Assembly: GCA_030603385.1 (NCBI GenBank)
Contig: JAUVXW010000002.1
Span: forward strand, 131,016-195,015
Source: Promethearchaeota archaeon
Lineage (GTDB): Archaea; Asgardarchaeota; Lokiarchaeia; Sigyniarchaeales; SOKP01
Length of the DNA stretch: 64,000 nucleotides
Direction of reading: 5' to 3'
The position numbers and the translations under genes are program-made. Under the pieces are notes generated by a model. It made no database searches and was not told the origin of the DNA. It saw nothing but the letters and a program-made list of their open reading frames with translations. Below are positions 19,596 to 30,153 of the stretch, one piece after another (within the stretch, counting starts at the first letter, position 1; the number at the start of each line of letters is the position of its first letter).

Positions 19596-20774
19596 TTAGC
19601 TCCTTTTCTTCCCTAAGTAAGGCATTGCATGTTCATATCTTTTCATAACAAACCTTGAAATAACAATTCTTTGAATTTCACTTGTTCCCTCGTATATTTG
19701 GTATAACTTAGCATCCCTAAATAGTTTTTCAACAGGAAATGTTCTCAAGTAGCCATAACCTCCAAAGATTTGAACTGCTTCAGTTGTTACATTCATAGCA
19801 ACATCTGACGCAAAAGCTTTGGCAATAGCTGAACTCAAATTATTATCTATACCTTGATCAGCCTCCCAAGCTGCTTTATATGTTAAAAGTCGTGCGGCTT
19901 CAATATCTTTATACATATTTGCTATTTTTTCTTGAATAACTTGGTAATTTCCGATTGGTCTTCCAAAAGTTTCTCTCTTCTGGGCATAATCTATAGAATA
20001 TTCCATAGCAGAACGAGCACAACCAATAGCAAAGGCACCTATCGCCGGACGAGTATGAGCAAATGTTTGCATACCTAGAATGAAACCTCTTCCAGGTCTA
20101 GCAAGTATGTTTTCCTTAGGGATCCTTACATTTTTTAGACCCACTGATACAGTGTTAGATGATCTTTGACCTAGTTTAGGAATGTGTTTGCCTAATTTTA
20201 CTCCTTCGCTTTTAGTATCCACTATAAAAGTTGCAATTCCTTTATGTTTCTTCTCAGGATCTACTGTTGCAAATACAGTAATGTAATCAGCAAAACCCCC
20301 ATTAGTGATCCAAAATTTATTCCCATTTAAAATGAACTCATCTCCATCTTTTTCTGCTAAACATTTCATTCCAGCTACATCAGAACCCATTGTTGGTTCA
20401 GATGTTGCAAATGCAATTAACTTAAACTCATTAACTAGTTCAGTCAGAATCCTTTGCTTCTGTTCTTCATTACCCCCAATAATTATCGGTTCTGCACCAA
20501 GACTGTTATCAAACACAGATGTCGCAATACCAGGACAAGCAGATGAGATTTCTTCAACTACAATACAAGAGTCTACTAAACTGAAACCTGGACCACCATA
20601 CTCTTTAGGGATTCCTAAATTCAATAATCCTTCCTCCCAAGCTTTTTTAATAACAGGAAGGGGGAATTCTTCAGATTCATCATATTTTCTCGCAACTGGT
20701 AAAACTTCGCGAATTGCAAACTCTCTCGCCTTCTTTTGTAAAGCTTTTTGTTCTTCTGAAAGTATAAAATCCAT
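19596..20774 (-). CDS. Acyl-CoA dehydrogenase
   Basis: SEPTMGSD, NGNKFWITNG, QIFGGYG and IYEGTSEIQ motifs. Confidence 0.95.
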   Translation of the reverse strand: MDFILSEEQKALQKKAREFAIREVLPVARKYDESEEFPLPVIKKAWEEGLLNLGIPKEYGGPGFSLVDSCIVVEEISSACPGIATSVFDNSLGAEPIIIGGNEEQKQRILTELVNEFKLIAFATSEPTMGSDVAGMKCLAEKDGDEFILNGNKFWITNGGFADYITVFATVDPEKKHKGIATFIVDTKSEGVKLGKHIPKLGQRSSNTVSVGLKNVRIPKENILARPGRGFILGMQTFAHTRPAIGAFAIGCARSAMEYSIDYAQKRETFGRPIGNYQVIQEKIANMYKDIEAARLLTYKAAWEADQGIDNNLSSAIAKAFASDVAMNVTTEAVQIFGGYGYLRTFPVEKLFRDAKLYQIYEGTSEIQRIVISRFVMKRYEHAMPYLGKKRS

Positions 20775-20998
20775 TTTCTTAATCTCCGTTTAACCTATTT
20801 TTTCAATTAACTTATTCTACTATATCTTTAAAGTTATTTTTTAATATTAATACAAATCAAGTTAAAAACTTATATTCTATCGATTATAAAATTTTTGTGA
20901 GAATATAAGATTCATTGAAAATTAGGAAAAAATGAATAATTTTACTAGAATAATTATACACCAAAGCAAAAAAAAAATTAAGGAATGATAAGTTATTA

Positions 20999-21136
20999 TT
21001 ATTCAATTTTTTCGAACATATCTTTTCCTACGCCACATACTGGACAAGTATAATCGTCAGGTAAATCTTCAAACTTAGTCCCTTCGGCTTCTTCATCATA
21101 AATATATCCACATGCGGTGCATTCCCATTTTCCCAT
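20999..21136 (-). CDS. Rubredoxin (45 aa; below the ORF-track cutoff)
   Basis: [45 protein letters not shown]. Confidence 0.92.
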   Translation of the reverse strand: MGKWECTACGYIYDEEAEGTKFEDLPDDYTCPVCGVGKDMFEKIE

Positions 21137-21302
21137 ATTCAACACTTATTTTTATTTTTAAATTGAGTTATTTGATTTTATGGATTGAAATTGAATGTAT
21201 ATTAAAAATATTAATTTAATATTTTATAAATTGTACTAAAAAGAGATTCAATTTAATTTACTAATAATTGAAAAAAAAAGGAATGATTAGTTAGTCAATA
21301 TT

Positions 21303-22685
21303 TCATAAATTAAGTTCTATAATTCTGTCTTGATTTAGCTTTACTTTATCTGGCGTTAGATCATAAAATTTCCAAAAGATTATCGAAGCTATGAGCATAA
21401 GTACTGCTGGAATTAAGGCAAAATGAATGTGTATGCCCCATATTGCTGATCCTGGTTGAATTACACTTCCTTCCACAAATCCAGTGATTGTATGTACTGA
21501 TGCGAAACTAATGGCTTGTACTAATATGGCTAATCGTCCAAAGAATTGTAAAAATCCATTGAAAATGCCTTCTTGACGTTTCTGGTTATTAACTACTGAC
21601 TCATTTATAACATCCCCGAAAACTGGTGCTAACATCGTCCAAAAACCCCCAAGACCAAAACCCCAGAAAATCATTACAATTAATGCCATAACAACACTAT
21701 TAAGGAATATAAAGGGGATTGTGAATATAGTCAACAGAAAGCTGTTTATTAGCATGACTTTCTTATTATTATTAGTCTTTTGGGCGATATATGCCCATAG
21801 TGGCGAGGAAATTAACGCTCCTACAAGAAAGCCTGCAGATAGTAACGTTTGAACCTCTTCCTCTAGTATAAACTCAACAAAAAATGGGATCGATGCCTGG
21901 AAAGATATTACAAGTGATCTATAAAGTGTATATGTAATTATGAAGAACAAGAATGATTTTTGCTTTAGCGTAAGTTTTAGTGTCTTAAAGAAGGATTCCC
22001 TATCTTTAATATCATGTTTTTCAAGATAGCGATCAATTGTAACTTGATCCTCTCTGCTACCGGGGATAGATAGCATTAACATAACTATTCCTATAATTAC
22101 TACGAACCCTGCGTTTATTACAAACGTCCGAGGTGTGTTATAATCTATTATCATAGGTGGCAATAATGCACCTAGAGCTACTCCAACTATTCCAATTGGA
22201 GTTTGTATTCCTGTTGCTTTCCTCCGCTCATCTACAGAGCGAAATTTATCAGGAAAAAGAGAGGCAAAATTGACGAAAAATATTGAATTAAAGGTATCAA
22301 AGATGCAAGTAGAGGCTATGAACCATAGGAAAAAAATCCAAGCTCCTGAATGAGGATCTACGTCTGGAGGTGTAAATATTAGAATATAACTCAAAATATA
22401 TGCGATACCGCCAATCATTATCCATGGAAATCGTCTTCCCCATTTTTTAGTAAATTTAAAAGGACGATTGGTTAGGAACCCAATTAATGGGTCGTTAACG
22501 GCATTCCATATTGCATAGATTACAACTGCTAATCCGATGATTAATGAATCAACACCGATGGTTCTCACATAAAAAGAATATAGCCATACAGTAAATGCCA
22601 TCTCCATAAATTCTGTCAAGAATTTACCAAATCCATACGAAGCCATGTTCAGTTTCGAATGCTCAATTACCATTTCTTCTCCCAT
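21303..22685 (-). CDS. MFS transporter, GPH family
   Basis: WNAVNDPLIG, WGRRFPW and RQEGIF motifs. Confidence 0.9.
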   Translation of the reverse strand: MGEEMVIEHSKLNMASYGFGKFLTEFMEMAFTVWLYSFYVRTIGVDSLIIGLAVVIYAIWNAVNDPLIGFLTNRPFKFTKKWGRRFPWIMIGGIAYILSYILIFTPPDVDPHSGAWIFFLWFIASTCIFDTFNSIFFVNFASLFPDKFRSVDERRKATGIQTPIGIVGVALGALLPPMIIDYNTPRTFVINAGFVVIIGIVMLMLSIPGSREDQVTIDRYLEKHDIKDRESFFKTLKLTLKQKSFLFFIITYTLYRSLVISFQASIPFFVEFILEEEVQTLLSAGFLVGALISSPLWAYIAQKTNNNKKVMLINSFLLTIFTIPFIFLNSVVMALIVMIFWGFGLGGFWTMLAPVFGDVINESVVNNQKRQEGIFNGFLQFFGRLAILVQAISFASVHTITGFVEGSVIQPGSAIWGIHIHFALIPAVLMLIASIIFWKFYDLTPDKVKLNQDRIIELNL

Positions 22686-22785
22686 ATAGAATCACGATTA
22701 TTTGATATTTAATTAATTGAATTAACTAGGATTTAGATATTTCCGTTTTTATAGATAATGGGTTTTTTTTAAAGAAAAATCAAGT

Positions 22786-22941
22786 TCAATTCTTTTGAGG
22801 AATTTCCTTCTCAACAAAAATTTTTTTTGAAGAACGGCATTTGGGACATTTCCATTCATCTCCAACTTCTTCGAATGGTATCTTCTGTTCTTCATCAACA
22901 TACAGATAATTACATCTTTTACATCTATGAATTGTCACCAC
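22786..22941 (-). CDS. Rubredoxin-like protein (probable GTG start after a GGAGA SD)
   Basis: CKRCNYLY...FEEVGDEWKCPKC. Confidence 0.8.
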   Translation of the reverse strand: MVTIHRCKRCNYLYVDEEQKIPFEEVGDEWKCPKCRSSKKIFVEKEIPQKN

Positions 22942-22966
22942 AAAATCTCCATGGTCTTTTATTCTT

Positions 22967-24313
22967 TCACTCTTTTTTTTTAAAATCCTCTTTAGGAGCA
23001 TTACAACCAGGACATTTAAAATTCTCTGGAAGATCTCTAAAAAGAGTCGTCATTACGGCTTCATCATATCTTTTCCCACAGTTTTTACAGATGTAGATAT
23101 ACAATCTTAATAGCTCCCTAAGCTCATCTTTATCTACATTCTTATCCAACTTATTATATACGAATGAAACTGCATCAGTATCTCCAAATAATATAGCTCC
23201 TTTGAGTTTACCATCTTTTAAGACTAATTTTTGATAACAACAGTCTTTTTTATCTGCCTTCTTTAAGATTTGCCAACCACCACCTTGCTCCTTAGGTGTA
23301 TCTATAATTCCTACTGAGGTCAATTCTAAACCTACAATTTTAAGCGTATTTTTAGGTGTTGTACCTTGGTATTCTACATTCTGCAATCCAAGAACAGATG
23401 CAGCTGCAATCTTCGATTGCTCCATACATGCCGGTATGATACCCCATATCTGATTATTATATTCGATGCAGTCTCCTACGGCGAATATATCTTTTTCACT
23501 TGTTTGTAAATATTCATTTACTAGTATACCTCTATTTGTTCTAAGATTTGCATCGTGTGCTATTTTTATTGTTGGTCTAATACCTGCTTGAATTAATACG
23601 ACATCAGCAAATAATTCTTTTCCTCCTTTAAGTATAATACTTTTTACTGATCCATTGCCTATAATCTCTTCTGTAGCTGCATCTAATACAACTTCAATCC
23701 CTTTACTTTCAATTTCTTCTTTTAACATTTCTCCACATTCTAGGTCTAATTGCCTTGGTAATAAACGTGGAAAAAATTCAACTACTGTTGTATCCAAACC
23801 ACTATTTTTTATCTGGTTTGCTAGCTCTAAACCCAGTAATCCACCCCCAATAACAATTGCTTTCTTAATATTCTTATTGTGAATGAAATTTTTTACTTCT
23901 AAAGCATCATCAATACTACGTAATGTGAATACGCCTTTTTTTTCATCTTTCAATTTTACAGCGTTTTTAATAGGAGGAATATTAGGTGTGCTTCCTAATG
24001 CCAAAACAAGCTTATCATAGGAAATTAGATGGTCCTTACCATCAAGTTCTAATGTCTTATTTTTTGGATTTATTTTTTTTATTCGTGAATTTAGATTTAA
24101 TTTAATTTGCTTGTTTTCATACCAATCTTGTTTAAATACAATTAAATCATCAACTTTAACTTTTTCAGAGATAAGTTCAGGTAAATTGACTCTTGTATAA
24201 TAGGGATACTTTTCTTGTGTATATATTTCGATTTCTACCTCTTCATTTAGAAGTCTTATATTTTGGGCAGTAAAAGTACCAGAGACATTATTTCCAATGA
24301 TCACAACCTTCAT
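22967..24313 (-). CDS. NAD(P)H:rubredoxin oxidoreductase-like flavoprotein with C-terminal rubredoxin domain
   Basis: FAD/NAD motifs (GGGLLGLE, FAVGDC); C-terminal CKNCG...FRDLPENFKCPGC. Confidence 0.88.
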   Translation of the reverse strand: MKVVIIGNNVSGTFTAQNIRLLNEEVEIEIYTQEKYPYYTRVNLPELISEKVKVDDLIVFKQDWYENKQIKLNLNSRIKKINPKNKTLELDGKDHLISYDKLVLALGSTPNIPPIKNAVKLKDEKKGVFTLRSIDDALEVKNFIHNKNIKKAIVIGGGLLGLELANQIKNSGLDTTVVEFFPRLLPRQLDLECGEMLKEEIESKGIEVVLDAATEEIIGNGSVKSIILKGGKELFADVVLIQAGIRPTIKIAHDANLRTNRGILVNEYLQTSEKDIFAVGDCIEYNNQIWGIIPACMEQSKIAAASVLGLQNVEYQGTTPKNTLKIVGLELTSVGIIDTPKEQGGGWQILKKADKKDCCYQKLVLKDGKLKGAILFGDTDAVSFVYNKLDKNVDKDELRELLRLYIYICKNCGKRYDEAVMTTLFRDLPENFKCPGCNAPKEDFKKKE

Positions 24314-24438
24314 AGAATTATAAGTTTATTCATCTTATTTTAAGGTTTTTATTATGGTTTCTAAATTTTTTGCAGAATTACCATAAAAAGAACATGTTCG
24401 AAATTAAAGATATAAAGCCATTTCTATTTGATTTAACT

Positions 24439-25224
24439 ATGACTGAAGTAGAACAGTTAAAAAAAACTAATAGAAAAATCATCAAAATTGATGAAGACTT
24501 ATGTACGGGCTGTGGTAACTGTGTCGTAGCATGTGCTGAAGCTGCATTAGAAGTGATAGATGGAAAGGCAAGGGTAGTCAATGATATTTTTTGCGATGGT
24601 TTAGGTGCTTGTATAGGAGAATGCCCCGAAGGCGCACTAGAAATAATCGAAAGAGAAGCTTTAGAATTTGATGAAGAAGAAGTTGAAAAACGGTTGGAAT
24701 CATTAAATCATAAAGAATCCATAGAAACAGAACAAGTGAGACAAATTGTTGCTGATCATGCCCAGCAATGTGGTTGTCCTTCAGCCCAAACTATGGTTTT
24801 TGATGAGCCTGAGGTGCAAACAGAATTAGTGGGAAAGATTCCTTCAGCTCTACGACAGTGGCCTGTTCAAATGCATTTAATCAATCCTGGAGCACCATAT
24901 TATCAAGGTGCAGATGTATTACTTTCAGCTGATTGCGTTGGTTTTTCCTATGGCGATTTTCATAGAGATTTCTTAAAGCAAAAATCGATTGCGATTGCTT
25001 GTCCTAAGCTTGATCAAGGTAAAGAAATTTACATTGAAAAGATTAAATCTTTGATTGACGATGCTAAAATAAACACTCTTACAGTTGCTATTATGGATGT
25101 CCCTTGTTGCTCAGGGCTATTAGGTTTAGCTCAAGAAGGTGCTAAACGAGCAAACCGTAAAGTACCTATTAAGTATATAGTTGTAGGGATACAAGGAAAT
25201 ATCTTAAAAGAAGAATGGTTATAA
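24439..25224 (+). CDS. 4Fe-4S dicluster protein with Cys-rich C-terminal domain
   Basis: CTGCGNCVVAC, CDGLGACIGECP, CGCP, QWPVQ, ACPKLD and VPCC. The ATG at 24439 is preferred over the TTG at 24370. Confidence 0.85.
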   Translation: MTEVEQLKKTNRKIIKIDEDLCTGCGNCVVACAEAALEVIDGKARVVNDIFCDGLGACIGECPEGALEIIEREALEFDEEEVEKRLESLNHKESIETEQVRQIVADHAQQCGCPSAQTMVFDEPEVQTELVGKIPSALRQWPVQMHLINPGAPYYQGADVLLSADCVGFSYGDFHRDFLKQKSIAIACPKLDQGKEIYIEKIKSLIDDAKINTLTVAIMDVPCCSGLLGLAQEGAKRANRKVPIKYIVVGIQGNILKEEWL

Positions 25225-25242
25225 TTTTTTTTATTATTTTTA

Positions 25243-25896
25243 TTATTTTTCGAGCAATACTTTTTTCTTAATGATTTTTCTAAGCATTACTGACAAAGCT
25301 GATTTAGATTTCCCCATTTGATTAGCCAATTCTTCTAATGAAATTTTTCGTGGAATTTCGAAAAAACCTAAAGAAATTGCTTTGTCAAGTATATTCAATT
25401 CATCCAAGGTTAACTTATTTTTATCATCTTTTATATTATATGGAGAATTTCCAATTCTCAATAATTCAAAATTAATATTTTTTTGTTCAAAGAGAGTTAA
25501 TAATTGATCTATACGTTCTCTACTTGATATTAATCTCCAAAAAGCAAATCCATCCTCTACCCTTATAGGGAAGTCAACAAGGACGCCACACTTAATTATA
25601 GCATATAATAGATAAGGATCTTTTGTCTTTACATTAAATTTAACTCTATTTTCCTCCCTTTCCAAAACACCTAGCTCTATAACAGAAGGATGAATCTTAA
25701 TATCTTCTATAATTGAATCTATCTTGTAATGCATTATCTCAATTGCAGAATTTCCAATAGATTTCTCAAGATCATATGGAAGAAAATGTAAAATTTCCAT
25801 TTTAATATCAGGGTAATTTTTAAATACTTCCGAGATCCATATCTGTTCTGGAAACTTAATCTTTACTCTTGCTAAACTTGGTTTGCTTGAATCCAT
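25243..25896 (-). CDS. Bat/HTH_10-type archaeal transcriptional regulator
   Basis: C-terminal AISLGFFEIPRKISLEELA..SKSALS. Confidence 0.85.
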   Translation of the reverse strand: MDSSKPSLARVKIKFPEQIWISEVFKNYPDIKMEILHFLPYDLEKSIGNSAIEIMHYKIDSIIEDIKIHPSVIELGVLEREENRVKFNVKTKDPYLLYAIIKCGVLVDFPIRVEDGFAFWRLISSRERIDQLLTLFEQKNINFELLRIGNSPYNIKDDKNKLTLDELNILDKAISLGFFEIPRKISLEELANQMGKSKSALSVMLRKIIKKKVLLEK

Positions 25897-25981
25897 CTTT
25901 AAATATAAATGTTTTAGATCTTAAAACTTTTTTTTATACGTAATGATTAATTATTAATAAAAACAAGTAAAATGCAATATT

Positions 25982-26587
25982 ATGATAGAAAGGAAGAATC
26001 TGTTACTTGGAATATGTGGAAGTCCAAGAAGACAAGGGACAGAATACGCCATTAAATACGCTTTAAATTATGCTACTGAAAAATTTGGATTTGAAACAGA
26101 ATATTGGACTGTAAGAAATAAAGAAATTAACTTCTGTCTTCATTGTGATTATTGTGTTCGAGAGAAGAAAGGATGTGTAAATAAAGATGATATGGAAAAC
26201 CTTTATCCTAAATTGGAACAGGCAAAATTCTTTCTTTTTGGGACTCCAGTATTTCAAGGGAGCTTATCAGGACAACTAAAAACGGTCTTAGATCGTAATC
26301 GTGCCTTGGTTGCGAAGAATGCTAATATATTCAAAGATAAGATTGGAGCTGCGTTAGCAGTAGGGGGTGATAGATCTGGTGGTCAAGAAATTGCTATTCG
26401 GAGTATTTTAGATTTTTTTCAACAGAATCATATACATCCTGTTTCTGGGGGTGCCTTTGGAGCAAATTTAGGAGCAAGTTTGTGGTCTAGAGATTTAGGA
26501 AAGGATGGCGTTGAAAAAGATGTAGAAGGATTAAAAACAATCAGAAAAGTTATAAAAAGATTAGCTGAACTAAAAAAAAATATATAG
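25982..26587 (+). CDS. Iron-sulfur flavoprotein (Isf/flavodoxin-like)
   Basis: GSPR, CLHCDYC....C, GTPVF and GGQE motifs. Confidence 0.9.
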   Translation: MIERKNLLLGICGSPRRQGTEYAIKYALNYATEKFGFETEYWTVRNKEINFCLHCDYCVREKKGCVNKDDMENLYPKLEQAKFFLFGTPVFQGSLSGQLKTVLDRNRALVAKNANIFKDKIGAALAVGGDRSGGQEIAIRSILDFFQQNHIHPVSGGAFGANLGASLWSRDLGKDGVEKDVEGLKTIRKVIKRLAELKKNI

Positions 26588-26595
26588 AAAAAAAA

Positions 26596-26892
26596 TTACT
26601 TAACGTCAAATAATTTCTTCGCTTGCTTTATTCTGAGGCCATTTATGCCCCATAATTCCTTAAACCAGTATTTTCCCTTATGTAAAATGGCTGGAGTATT
26701 CACAATACATCCATCTGCATCACAGAATGTCCCCAGAAAATTTTTATCTTGTAATAATTCATGAACAAACTCCTCATCGTCAATATCTCTTTCAATATAT
26801 TTAACATCATTCTCTTTCATCCACCCTTTGAGTTCAATACATCTGTGACAATCCTCTTTTGTAATAATAATGGGAATATTTGCTTTAGACAT
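26596..26892 (-). CDS. Glutaredoxin-like protein
   Basis: CHRC active site, TP cis-Pro motif and an extra CDADGC. Confidence 0.75.
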   Translation of the reverse strand: MSKANIPIIITKEDCHRCIELKGWMKENDVKYIERDIDDEEFVHELLQDKNFLGTFCDADGCIVNTPAILHKGKYWFKELWGINGLRIKQAKKLFDVK

Positions 26893-27106
26893 AATTAAAA
26901 GATGAAAAATAAGTTTATAAAATTTTCATCTATAAGTTGTAATAAGAAACATAATGAATACTATGCATTTCAAGAAAATAAAAAAAAAAATTAATAATTA
27001 ATAAACTCATTTTAATTTCATTTAGTTTTAAATTTTCATTCTAAGGATTCTTAATAAAATATTAACATTAGATTATTATTAGTTAAGATTCTTTTAATGA
27101 GTAAGG

Positions 27107-27427
27107 TTGATTATAATGTCAGTAGAAAAATTATTTGAGAAACATGCAAAAAAAATCAATGGAGAAAAAGGTGTTAATGATAACATTCTCGTTTTCACTT
27201 TATCAACCTGTATGTGGTGTAAAAAATGCAAAAGTTTCTTGAATGACCGGAATATGACATATAGATATATTGAAGTTGATAAAATCGAACTACAAGATAA
27301 ATCGAAAATTCTTGATTATTTAAAAAGTACATATCAAGAGAGAATATCCTATCCTTTTCTTGTTTGTGAAAAAGGTTATGTAGCTGGATATAATCCAAAT
27401 AAATATGTGGAATTATTAGAAAATTGA
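27107..27427 (+). CDS. Glutaredoxin/NrdH-like protein
   Basis: TLSTCMWC, SYP and AGY motifs; adjacent to FTR. Confidence 0.85.
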   Translation: MIIMSVEKLFEKHAKKINGEKGVNDNILVFTLSTCMWCKKCKSFLNDRNMTYRYIEVDKIELQDKSKILDYLKSTYQERISYPFLVCEKGYVAGYNPNKYVELLEN

Positions 27428-27434
27428 GGGGATT

Positions 27435-27806
27435 ATGGTGGATATGGAAACAAAAGAAGGAATGAAAAAATATGTGAAACTAGTAGCAGACACAAATATT
27501 TGGATTTTAAATAAAGATCAACAAATTTTTTATGATTTAATAGAGGGATTGGTTGATAACAAGAAATCGTATGGATATCAATCATGCCCATGTCGACTTG
27601 CAAGTGGTAAGAGAGATTTAGATCGAGATCTTATTTGCCCATGTGATTATGCCCCCCCTGATATAAAACAATATGGCGCATGCTATTGTAATCTATATTT
27701 AAGCTCTGATTTCTATGAAAAAAATGTCGATTTTATCGTAGTTCCAGAACGGCGACCTATTGATAAAGAAAATGCAGTGCTGGAATATATTAACAATGAT
27801 AAGTAA
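27435..27806 (+). CDS. Ferredoxin:thioredoxin reductase catalytic-subunit-like protein
   Basis: CPC...CPC...CYC motifs. Confidence 0.9.
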   Translation: MVDMETKEGMKKYVKLVADTNIWILNKDQQIFYDLIEGLVDNKKSYGYQSCPCRLASGKRDLDRDLICPCDYAPPDIKQYGACYCNLYLSSDFYEKNVDFIVVPERRPIDKENAVLEYINNDK

Positions 27807-27910
27807 ATTAGTTCGGATATATCAATTCTTTTTTTCTTTAAAATGTAGAATCAGAATATCAATATTTCATAATCTATATTTTTAAATATTGCACTTCCTC
27901 TTTGTTAAAT

Positions 27911-28069
27911 ATGCCAGATAATGAAATAACTGATGATGAGTTAGAGAAGGAACTCGATAAATCATTTAAAGAAAATGAAGCCAAACGAGACAACTGTGGA
28001 GTTCCAATATCTAGTAATAAAGAGGTTGGAATTCAAAGAACAGATGTCAAACTAAAAAAAGATAAATAA
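27911..28069 (+). CDS. Small charged protein with a single Cys (52 aa)
   Basis: MPDNEITDDELEKELDKSFKENEAKRDNCGVPISSNKEVGIQRTDVKLKKDK*; composition looks coding. Confidence 0.5.
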   Translation: MPDNEITDDELEKELDKSFKENEAKRDNCGVPISSNKEVGIQRTDVKLKKDK

Positions 28070-28122
28070 GTTTAATTAACAAAAAATATTTTTTATTCTT
28101 TCTTACTATGAATATATTTATT

Positions 28123-29775
28123 TCAGTTCAATTCTGGAATCAATATAACAAAATTACTACCTTGTTCATAATCATCTTTAATACGATTTTCAACCCAAAT
28201 TTTCCCATTGTAGCTTTTGATAATTTTTTTCACAAGAGATAAGCCAATACCCATCCCTCTAACTTTCTTATCTCTTTTATAGCCTTTTTGAAATACTGAT
28301 TCTTTATTTTCATCAAATATTCCAATACCGTTATCCATAAATTCTAATTTAATGAATTTATTTTTGTTAATTTCTTCTCTAAAGATATTAATTTGAATTT
28401 CTATAGTCTCATTCTTATTATATTTAATTGCATTATGTAGGATGTTTTCGAATACATCTAATAAAAATTCATTTGCCATAACAATGATCGCTTCACCTGT
28501 TTTATTGATTTTAATATCCAGTTTCTTTCCTCGTGAACTTCTATCTGCAAAAATAATTGCTTCATCTAAGGATTTATAAAGATTAACTTTCTTTAAGTTA
28601 ATTTCTGTTTCTTGAATTTTTGAAAGTTTATACACATTATCAATTAATTTTACACCCCGATTAATTTGATTGTCTATGATTTGAAAAAGGTCTTCAAGTT
28701 TATCTAAATCTTTTGAGCTTTCTCTTAAAATTGAGATTAATTCGGCTGATGACAGTATATTATGAAAGATGTTATTCATGTCATGTGTAAAAATATCTTT
28801 ATAAAATTCAGCTCTTTCAAAGGCATCACGATATTTTTTCTCTGATTTACGTAATTCCTGTTCAGCATGTTGATGCTCAGTTATATCTTTAAAACTCCAT
28901 ACTCGCCCCACATTTCTCCCGTCATGGAATAATGGACAAGAATATTGTTCAAAAATTCTCCCATCCTTAAAAAAAATCATGTCATAAGCGTCTTCTGATG
29001 TTTTCCTGAGATTATACATTTTTAATAAAAAATTTGAAGGTTCTTTTAGTTGATCGATAATATATTCTAATAACTTCTTAAAATCCGTTTGTTCAGCGAT
29101 GTTGTCTGGTATTCGCCACATATAGATGAATCTAGCGTTCATGTTGGTTATTATATCATCGTCATTTATCGCTAATATCCCATCAGCTGTTGCTTCAAAC
29201 GTGGCCCTCAATAATTCTTTGCTTTCTCGTACCTCGTTTTCTGCAGTTAAACGCTCAATTGCGTCGCCTAAAATTTGTGAAAAAATTCGTAAAATAGCAA
29301 AATCTTTACCTTTCCACTGAGTTTTCTCCACAACTTTACTAAAACATACATATCCTGCAATTTTTGTTTTAACATAAATGGGAAAAGCTAGAAATGATTT
29401 TATATCCTGAATTTGCATAAATTCTCTTACCGATTTAGCGCTCTCTGGTAAGGAGGAAACATCTCTTATATTAACAAAACTTATTTTTTCAACTTGTTCT
29501 TTCCACCAAGAGATTTTACTGGCATCAACTTTTTGTAAATTTTTCAATTGAGAAGAAATCCCATCAGCACACCATTCATTAGTATTATCTATGAATCTTT
29601 TATCACCATTAAAAAGAAAGAGTGAAACACGATTAGCTTGGGATAAAAGTCCCAAATCTTGAAAAGATGAATTAATGACATCATCAAGATTTATATTACC
29701 TACAAATCGAGAAGAAATTGATGATATAACTTTTTCAAAATTCAGTCTGCTTTCTAACGACACTTTATTCTCCAC
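28123..29775 (-). CDS. Cytoplasmic GAF-PAS sensor histidine kinase
   Basis: GAF and PAS domains, H-box FTHDMNN, N-box NAIKY, DNGIG and GMGIGL. Confidence 0.9.
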   Translation of the reverse strand: MENKVSLESRLNFEKVISSISSRFVGNINLDDVINSSFQDLGLLSQANRVSLFLFNGDKRFIDNTNEWCADGISSQLKNLQKVDASKISWWKEQVEKISFVNIRDVSSLPESAKSVREFMQIQDIKSFLAFPIYVKTKIAGYVCFSKVVEKTQWKGKDFAILRIFSQILGDAIERLTAENEVRESKELLRATFEATADGILAINDDDIITNMNARFIYMWRIPDNIAEQTDFKKLLEYIIDQLKEPSNFLLKMYNLRKTSEDAYDMIFFKDGRIFEQYSCPLFHDGRNVGRVWSFKDITEHQHAEQELRKSEKKYRDAFERAEFYKDIFTHDMNNIFHNILSSAELISILRESSKDLDKLEDLFQIIDNQINRGVKLIDNVYKLSKIQETEINLKKVNLYKSLDEAIIFADRSSRGKKLDIKINKTGEAIIVMANEFLLDVFENILHNAIKYNKNETIEIQINIFREEINKNKFIKLEFMDNGIGIFDENKESVFQKGYKRDKKVRGMGIGLSLVKKIIKSYNGKIWVENRIKDDYEQGSNFVILIPELN

Positions 29776-30153
29776 TGCTAATGAGTAATCTACTGTCTTA
29801 GTAATAAGGGAGTAGCTATTTAATACCTAAGATTTATCTGATAACTCTTATTCTGAAAATATGATAGACTAAATAAATTTAAATCTATGTAAAGAGATAA
29901 AGTCTTATTATAGCCGATATTTTAAAGAAATTTAATTTTATTTGAATATTTTTATGATTTGGTTTAAGAAGATGAAAATTAAATCTACATACATAAAAGG
30001 TTCTAAATTTTCATTTTTGAATTATTAATATATTTTGTATAATTCTTTTTTTAAATGAAAAATTAATAGTTTCTTTTATATTTTAAACAGAAAATTATTT
30101 TAAGTTCTAATTCAGATATTCATAATAGAATGATTTAAGAAGGTGGTTTTTTA

